Positions 26,305 through 32,000 of a stretch of 32,000 nt of DNA are shown in pieces. Source of the stretch: Candidatus Harpocratesius repetitus (GTDB taxonomy: Archaea > Asgardarchaeota > Lokiarchaeia > Sigyniarchaeales > Promethearchaeaceae); assembly GCA_021498095.1 (NCBI GenBank), contig JAIZWK010000001.1, positions 2,430,001 to 2,462,000 on the forward strand. The letters are read 5' to 3'. Each line of letters opens with the position of its first letter. The first letter of the stretch is position 1. The notes under the pieces are model-generated. The model saw nothing but the letters and a program-made list of their open reading frames with translations. It was not told the DNA's origin and did no database searches. A program made the translations under genes and the position numbers.

Positions 26305-26772
26305 ATGGGTCAAACTGATTCTTTACTTCAAAAATGGTTAGAAATTGTTATACGTCTGTCAATGCATAATGTAGTTCTCTTTTCAAAAAAAAGGAATTTA
26401 TCCATATCTCAAATTAGCGCATTGATGTATATCCATCGTCAAAATCAATGTGGAATTTCACATCTAGGGAGCAATTTAGGGATAACAAGTGCAGCTGCCA
26501 GTCAAATGCTAGATCGATTGGTTAAGCAGCAATTTATTACAAGACAAGAAGATCCAAATGATAGAAGAGTAAAGAAACTCACTTTGACAGAAAAGGGAAA
26601 AAAAATTTTAAAAAAAAGTTTTCAAGCCCGTCAATACTGGCAAAAAGACCTTATTAAAATGCTAACCCCTGAAGAAGAACAAAAGGTACAAATTGCACTT
26701 AAAATTTTGATCCATAAATCAGAAGATCTTGTTCAACCCCAAAAACACAAATGCAACGATGATATTCGCTAA
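26305..26772 (+). CDS. MarR-family transcriptional regulator (ORF track start TTG 26287; likelier ATG 26305)
   Basis: LSISQISAL, ISHLGSNLGITSAAASQMLDRLVKQQFITRQEDPNDRRVKKLTLTEKG. Confidence 0.93.
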   Translation: MGQTDSLLQKWLEIVIRLSMHNVVLFSKKRNLSISQISALMYIHRQNQCGISHLGSNLGITSAAASQMLDRLVKQQFITRQEDPNDRRVKKLTLTEKGKKILKKSFQARQYWQKDLIKMLTPEEEQKVQIALKILIHKSEDLVQPQKHKCNDDIR

Positions 26773-26866
26773 ATTAATAGATTAAAATAAGCACTATAGA
26801 AATAAATAAAAAAGCACTACAGAAAAGCAATTATCCAAATAAACATAATATAAGAGATATCAAACA

Positions 26867-29113
26867 ATGGTACATATAACAAAATATGCTAAGCCCTATC
26901 TGCCGATGATTTTAATTGCAGTTGGGTTGCTTTTTGCCCAAGCAAATTTTGATTTGGCTTTACCAGATTATTTCTCAAGAATTGTAAATGTTGGCATTCA
27001 GCAAAATGGAATTGAAGACGCAGTTCCAATTGCAATTCGAGAAAATCAAATGAATCACACATTCCTCTTTATGAGTAAAGAAAACAAATCTGTAGTTTTG
27101 CAGGCATATGAATTAAAAAGCAACAACTCTGCAGATTTTATGGAATATGTGGAAGAATTTCCACTTCTAAGAAATGAATCACTGTACATACTTACTCAAG
27201 ATAATGATACAATTCATGAACAATTGAATTCAGTGATGGCAGATGTTTTATTGGTGGTTTTTACTCTTGAACAAATTCAAGCGAATTCAACAGAAATTCA
27301 AAATCAAAACATGAATTTATCTATTGGTTTTGATATGTCTAAAATCCCACCTGGAATGGATCTTTTCACTTTTCTAAGTCTTCTTCCTTCCGAACAACTT
27401 ATGGAAATAAGAGACAGTATAAATCAAAAATTGTTGAGCTTGGGTGAAGATATGATCAAACAAGCAGCTATTTTTGCAGTGAAAGCAGAATATGAAGCCA
27501 TTGGAATAGATACTGACAAAATACAAATGGATTATATAATGCGCATCGGAGGATTAATGCTTCTTCTTACACTGCTTTCAGCAATTTGTACTGTAATTGT
27601 AGGGTATCTTTCAGCAAAGACTGCGGCGGGAATGGCCAGGGATCTACGTACAGATGTTTTCAGAAAGGTAGAAAGTTTTTCAAACGCAGAATTTGATCAA
27701 TTTTCAACAGCCTCATTAATTACTCGAACAACAAATGATATTACACAAATTCAGTTAGTAATGATAATGCTAATACGTCTTGTTGTTTATGCACCGATTT
27801 TAGGAATAGGAGGAATAATTCGGGCATTTGCCAAGGATGCATCCATGTGGTGGTTGATTGCAATTGCAGTTGGATTTTTAATCAGCTTAGTTCTAATTAT
27901 TGTTAAAATTGCATTGCCAAGATTCAAGAGTATTCAAAACTTAGTTGACCGTCTGAATTTGATCGCGCGTGAAAATCTCTCAGGTATAATGGTAATTCGA
28001 GCTTTTAATATGCAACAATTTGAAGAAAAGCGATTTGATGGTGCAAATGCAGATTTAACGGGAGTAAGTCTTTATGTTAATCGTGTTTTAGTTCTGCTGA
28101 TGCCAGTAATGATGTTTACTATGAATGCACTAGCAGTAGTGATTATTTGGGTTGGATCTCATAGAGTTGCGGATGCAAATATGCAAGTTGGAGATATGAT
28201 GGCATTCATGCAGTATGCAATTCAAATTGTGATGGCATTTCTAATGTTATCAATGATGTTCATAATCTTACCCCGTGCCACCGTTTCTGCCAGCAGAATT
28301 GCAGAAGTTCTATCTACAGAACCTACAATCAATGATCCAACGGAACCTAAAACTTGGCAAAAAGATTTTCAAGGTAAAGTAGAATTTGACAATGTTTCAT
28401 TTAAATACCCTGGTGGTGAAGAGTACGCTCTAGAAAAAATCTCCTTTACTGCCAATCCAGGTCAAGTAACCGCCTTTATTGGTGCAACTGGTTCTGGAAA
28501 ATCGACATTAATTCATTTACTGCTCAGATTCTATGATGTAACTGAAGGTGCCATTAAAATCGATGGAATTGATATCCGGGATGTCACCCAACATTCTTTA
28601 AGAGAAAAAATCGGATATGTTCCACAAAAAAGCGTTCTCTTTTCTGGTACTATTGGTTCTAATTTAAAATATGCAGATGAAAATGCAGATGATGATACTT
28701 TGAACACAGCAATATCAATTGCTCAAGCGAAAGAATTTGTTGAATCTTCTCCCGAAAAATATAACACACTTATAGCTCAAGGTGGAATAAATGTCTCAGG
28801 AGGACAAAAACAACGATTGGCAATTGCACGTGCACTAGTAAAAAAAGCACCAATAAATATCCTAGATGACAGTTCTTCTGCCTTAGATTTTAAAACAGAT
28901 GCTGCTTTACGACATGCTTTAAAGCAGGAAATGGGAAATAAAACGCTTTTTTTGGTTACACAGCGAGTCTCTTCTGTAATGAATGCAGATCAAATTATAG
29001 TGCTAGACGAAGGAAAATTAGTCGGAAAAGGTACTCATCGAGATTTACTTGAAACATGTGAGATTTATAAAGAAATAGCACTTTCACAACTTGCATTGGA
29101 GGAACTACAATGA
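26867..29113 (+). CDS. Heterodimeric ABC exporter subunit (TM287/PatA-like, degenerate ATPase site) with long extracellular insertion
   Basis: Walker A GATGSGKS, signature VSGGQ, non-canonical Walker B ILDDSSS and Q-switch VTQR; FSTASLITRTTNDITQIQ. Confidence 0.93.
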   Translation: MVHITKYAKPYLPMILIAVGLLFAQANFDLALPDYFSRIVNVGIQQNGIEDAVPIAIRENQMNHTFLFMSKENKSVVLQAYELKSNNSADFMEYVEEFPLLRNESLYILTQDNDTIHEQLNSVMADVLLVVFTLEQIQANSTEIQNQNMNLSIGFDMSKIPPGMDLFTFLSLLPSEQLMEIRDSINQKLLSLGEDMIKQAAIFAVKAEYEAIGIDTDKIQMDYIMRIGGLMLLLTLLSAICTVIVGYLSAKTAAGMARDLRTDVFRKVESFSNAEFDQFSTASLITRTTNDITQIQLVMIMLIRLVVYAPILGIGGIIRAFAKDASMWWLIAIAVGFLISLVLIIVKIALPRFKSIQNLVDRLNLIARENLSGIMVIRAFNMQQFEEKRFDGANADLTGVSLYVNRVLVLLMPVMMFTMNALAVVIIWVGSHRVADANMQVGDMMAFMQYAIQIVMAFLMLSMMFIILPRATVSASRIAEVLSTEPTINDPTEPKTWQKDFQGKVEFDNVSFKYPGGEEYALEKISFTANPGQVTAFIGATGSGKSTLIHLLLRFYDVTEGAIKIDGIDIRDVTQHSLREKIGYVPQKSVLFSGTIGSNLKYADENADDDTLNTAISIAQAKEFVESSPEKYNTLIAQGGINVSGGQKQRLAIARALVKKAPINILDDSSSALDFKTDAALRHALKQEMGNKTLFLVTQRVSSVMNADQIIVLDEGKLVGKGTHRDLLETCEIYKEIALSQLALEELQ

Positions 29114-31029
29114 TCAGATCACCAAATTCTCCTTTAAAATCAATACAAAATCCCTCTAAAAACTCTACAGAAAAACCTTCTAAAGGTCCAAGTGGTTTTC
29201 GTAGCAGGCAACATTCTATGATGATGAGTGGAGAAAAAGCAAGGAATTTTAAACAAACCATGCGAAATCTAGGCCAATATTTACGAGAATATCGATTTCA
29301 AATTTGGATTGTAATTTTCTTTGCAATTCTTTCAACAACTGCGAGTATTGTTGGTCCAAAAATTTTAGGAAAAGCTACAACATCCTTATTTGAAGGAATA
29401 ATCACAGAATTAAACGGAACAGGTACCATTGATTTCGGTTATATTGGTTTAATTGTTGTTGTAACTCTGTTACTGTATGCAATATCTATGCTTTTCGCAT
29501 ATATTCAAGGATGGATAATGGCAAAAGTTTCTACCATTGTGGCATATAAATTTCGAAGGGATATTTCGCAGAAAATTAATAGACTTCCATTGAAATATTT
29601 TGATAACACCACTCAGGGTGAAGTACTTTCAAGATTAACAAATGATGTTGATACAGTTAATCAAACATTAAGTCAAAGCATGTCCCAAATAATAACTTCA
29701 GTTGTTACAGTAATTGGAGTATTAGTTATGATGTTCACTATAAATTGGATAATGACATTAGCTTCTTTGATTATCATCCCCCTATCAATGGTTTTCATCA
29801 GTTTCATCATCAAAAAATCACAAAAATACTTCAAGCAGCAACAGGATGAACTCGGACATGTTAACGGCCACGTAGAAGAAATGTATGGAGGTCATGTTGT
29901 TGTCAAAGCTTTCAATGGTGAAGAAAGAAGTATTCAAGAATTTGATAAACACAATAATTCGTTATATGGTGTAATGTGGAAATCACAATTTCTTTCTGGA
30001 TTGATGATGCCATTAATGCGTTTTATTGGTAATTTAGGTTATGTAGCAGTAGTTATTCTTGGCGGATGGTTGGCAAGTATTGGAAGCATTTCAGTGGGAG
30101 ATATCCAGGCGTTCATTCAATATGTGCGCTCATTCACACAACCTATGTCACAATTGGCAAATATATCCAATGTTCTTCAACAAACAGCCGCTGCAGCTGA
30201 ACGAGTCTTTGAATTTTTATCTGAGGAAGAAGAAACACCAGATACACCTAATCCAATAAAAGTTCCAGAAGTAATGGGAGAAGTAGAATTTCAACATGTG
30301 CATTTCGGTTATACACCCGATAAAATAATTATCAAAGATTTTTCAGCTAAAGCAAATCCAGGGCAAAAAATAGCTATTGTTGGTCCAACAGGAGCAGGAA
30401 AAACTACAATGGTTAAATTACTAATGCGGTTCTACGATTTGAATGAAGGTGCCATTTTAGTTGAAGGTCATAACATTACAGAATTTACTCGACGGGATTT
30501 ACGTTCAATGTTTGGAATGGTACTGCAAGATACCTGGTTGTATAATGATACAATCATGGAAAATATTCGTTATGGGAAACCTGATGCTACAGATGAAGAA
30601 GTCATTGCTGCAGCAACTGCGGCTCATGTGGACCATTTTATTCACACATTACCAGGAGGATATCAAATGGTTTTGAATGAAGAGACAACTAACTTATCTC
30701 AAGGACAAATGCAGCTTTTAACGATTGCCAGAGCGATTTTAGCCAATCCAAAGATTCTCATTCTGGATGAAGCCACGAGTTCAGTAGATACACGCACAGA
30801 AATATTGATTCAAAAAGCGATGGATAAATTAATGGAAAATCGAACAAGCTTTGTAATTGCACACCGATTATCAACCATACGAGATGCAGATTTAATTTTA
30901 GTTATGTGCGATGGAGATATTATAGAACAAGGTTCTCATGAAGAATTGTTGGCTAAAAAAGGATTTTATGCAGATATTTACAACAGCCAATTCGAGCATA
31001 TTCCTTTACTGAGCATAAACCAAAAATAA
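29110..31029 (+). CDS. Heterodimeric ABC exporter subunit (TM288/PatB-like)
   Basis: GPTGAGKTT, degenerate signature LSQGQ, canonical ILDEATS and IAHR. ATGA overlap with the upstream subunit. Confidence 0.95.
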   Translation: MIRSPNSPLKSIQNPSKNSTEKPSKGPSGFRSRQHSMMMSGEKARNFKQTMRNLGQYLREYRFQIWIVIFFAILSTTASIVGPKILGKATTSLFEGIITELNGTGTIDFGYIGLIVVVTLLLYAISMLFAYIQGWIMAKVSTIVAYKFRRDISQKINRLPLKYFDNTTQGEVLSRLTNDVDTVNQTLSQSMSQIITSVVTVIGVLVMMFTINWIMTLASLIIIPLSMVFISFIIKKSQKYFKQQQDELGHVNGHVEEMYGGHVVVKAFNGEERSIQEFDKHNNSLYGVMWKSQFLSGLMMPLMRFIGNLGYVAVVILGGWLASIGSISVGDIQAFIQYVRSFTQPMSQLANISNVLQQTAAAAERVFEFLSEEEETPDTPNPIKVPEVMGEVEFQHVHFGYTPDKIIIKDFSAKANPGQKIAIVGPTGAGKTTMVKLLMRFYDLNEGAILVEGHNITEFTRRDLRSMFGMVLQDTWLYNDTIMENIRYGKPDATDEEVIAAATAAHVDHFIHTLPGGYQMVLNEETTNLSQGQMQLLTIARAILANPKILILDEATSSVDTRTEILIQKAMDKLMENRTSFVIAHRLSTIRDADLILVMCDGDIIEQGSHEELLAKKGFYADIYNSQFEHIPLLSINQK

Positions 31030-31053
31030 TAGTATTTTTGACTATTTTTAAGA

Positions 31054-31567
31054 ATGAAGGATCAATTAAGAGAAGCCTTATTTTTTAAATTATTTCAATA
31101 TTATCGTTCAAAAAAATCTCATTGACAATTTCATTGAAGTTTTAGAGCAAAACATACACTATTTTAAAGCTTATGACAAAGAAAAGTAGGAATATGCATA
31201 AATTGATATTTTTATAAAACTCTCAAACTGGCAAAAATATGTTTTCCGCAGTTACAGTTGCTATAAAGGAAATACAAGACTATTTGTGACAAAAGTTTTA
31301 TTAAATTATCTGGCGGAGAATATTAATAGTAGGATTAAGACTCGCGTGCATTAAACTGGTCCTAAAACACCTGAGGGTTTAGAACAGCGACTTCAGGCAT
31401 ATATTACAATCACAAATGAACCCAAAATCTTATAAATTACCATTGTTTCACACCGATTTAGCCCAAAAATGCTCTTTAATGAGTGGAATAATTCAGGAAT
31501 TAAACGATTATTTCAATTAAACGAAAAATGGGGGAAAAAAATTCAAACCGAGGTGTTAGTGAATTGA
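31054..31567 (+). pseudogene. Decayed C-terminal fragment of a DDE-type transposase-like gene
   Basis: Frame 1 MKDQLREALFFKLFQYYRS, then a shift near the A7 run 31110-16 into frame 2: KNLIDNFIEVLEQNIHYFKAYDKEK*EYA*...LNYLAENINSRIKTRVH*TGPKTPEGLEQRLQAYI...L*...; in-frame stops at 31187, 31199, 31352, 31433. N-x-A-E-x-x-N-S-R-x-K resembles the catalytic-Glu region of IS6-like transposases. Confidence 0.55.
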
Positions 31568-32000
31568 TCCTTCGTAATTAAAAATAGCCGTATTTTTATT
31601 TTTTCATCTTTTTTTCAAATACCATATATTTCTTTTATTCTCATGCGATTAATGTTCATAAGAAGAATTATCAGAAATTTTTCTATTATCCTTAAATTAC
31701 TTACTGCAATAGCACATCTCTATTAGCTGAACATAAAAAAAAAACTGCGAACAATCGATCCAGCAAATTATAAATAAATACCCATGAAAATAATAAATTT
31801 TGAATTTTTAAATTCGATGATGAATTTTCAAGTCGAAGGATAAATTAGAAGATTACTCATTTTTCTTTTTTCATCTCACATTTTAACACACCAATATATC
31901 CAACAAAGGAGATTTTAGAATTTTGGTATTTAGGAATGAATATTGAAAGTTATGGCGAATAGTAATTGAGTCCAATATCGTCGGATTATTTTGACAGATG

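Noticed and set aside
430-30676. Short ORF-track entries overlapping longer genes (430, 1493, 2044, 4380, 5261, 8812, 9401, 9615, 13178, 16076, 17021, 18265, 18353, 18698, 21999, 22297, 22331, 24704, 24876, 28995, 30059, 30461)
   Set aside because: Antisense or alternate-frame shadows of well-supported genes, with no motifs.
31187-31435. Stop-codon reassignment (TAA/TAG as Gln) explaining the terminal broken ORF
   Set aside because: Most intact genes in the window end in TAA, and the fragment also has a frameshift and lacks its N-terminal part.

Overview
AT-rich prokaryotic chromosomal window, most consistent with an Asgard archaeon of the Lokiarchaeia/Promethearchaeota type. This assignment is inference from archaeal-style TATA boxes, GGAGG/GGTGA ribosome-binding sites, oligo-T terminators, a Loki-type C-terminal zinc ribbon and a 7TM-longin-like protein. 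Left to right it carries: a partial membrane protein, a membrane-anchored beta-propeller, a U32-family Fe-S protein, a DUF438/hemerythrin-like/PAS protein, a mu-homology/Ig-like protein with zinc ribbon, an orphan DNA methyltransferase, a lone oppBC permease pair, an HxlR regulator, DUF6064, a 7TM-longin-like protein, and a feoA-feoB-orf157-dtxR locus with a divergent FeoC-like gene and a 10-bp-phased operator. Between the feo locus and acs lies an accessory block (about 18.0-21.3 kb), the least explained part of the window. It holds a perfect 20-bp palindrome, a Pro/aromatic-rich orphan gene and a free-standing GIY-YIG/NUMOD3 endonuclease, and both genes are preceded by the same 42-bp motif. 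Further right are acs with a structured leader, tandem-repeat arrays, NUDIX, GGCT, marR plus a heterodimeric ABC exporter, and a decayed transposase-like remnant. I saw no tRNA, rRNA or CRISPR array. All family assignments are by eye from motifs; no database search was run.
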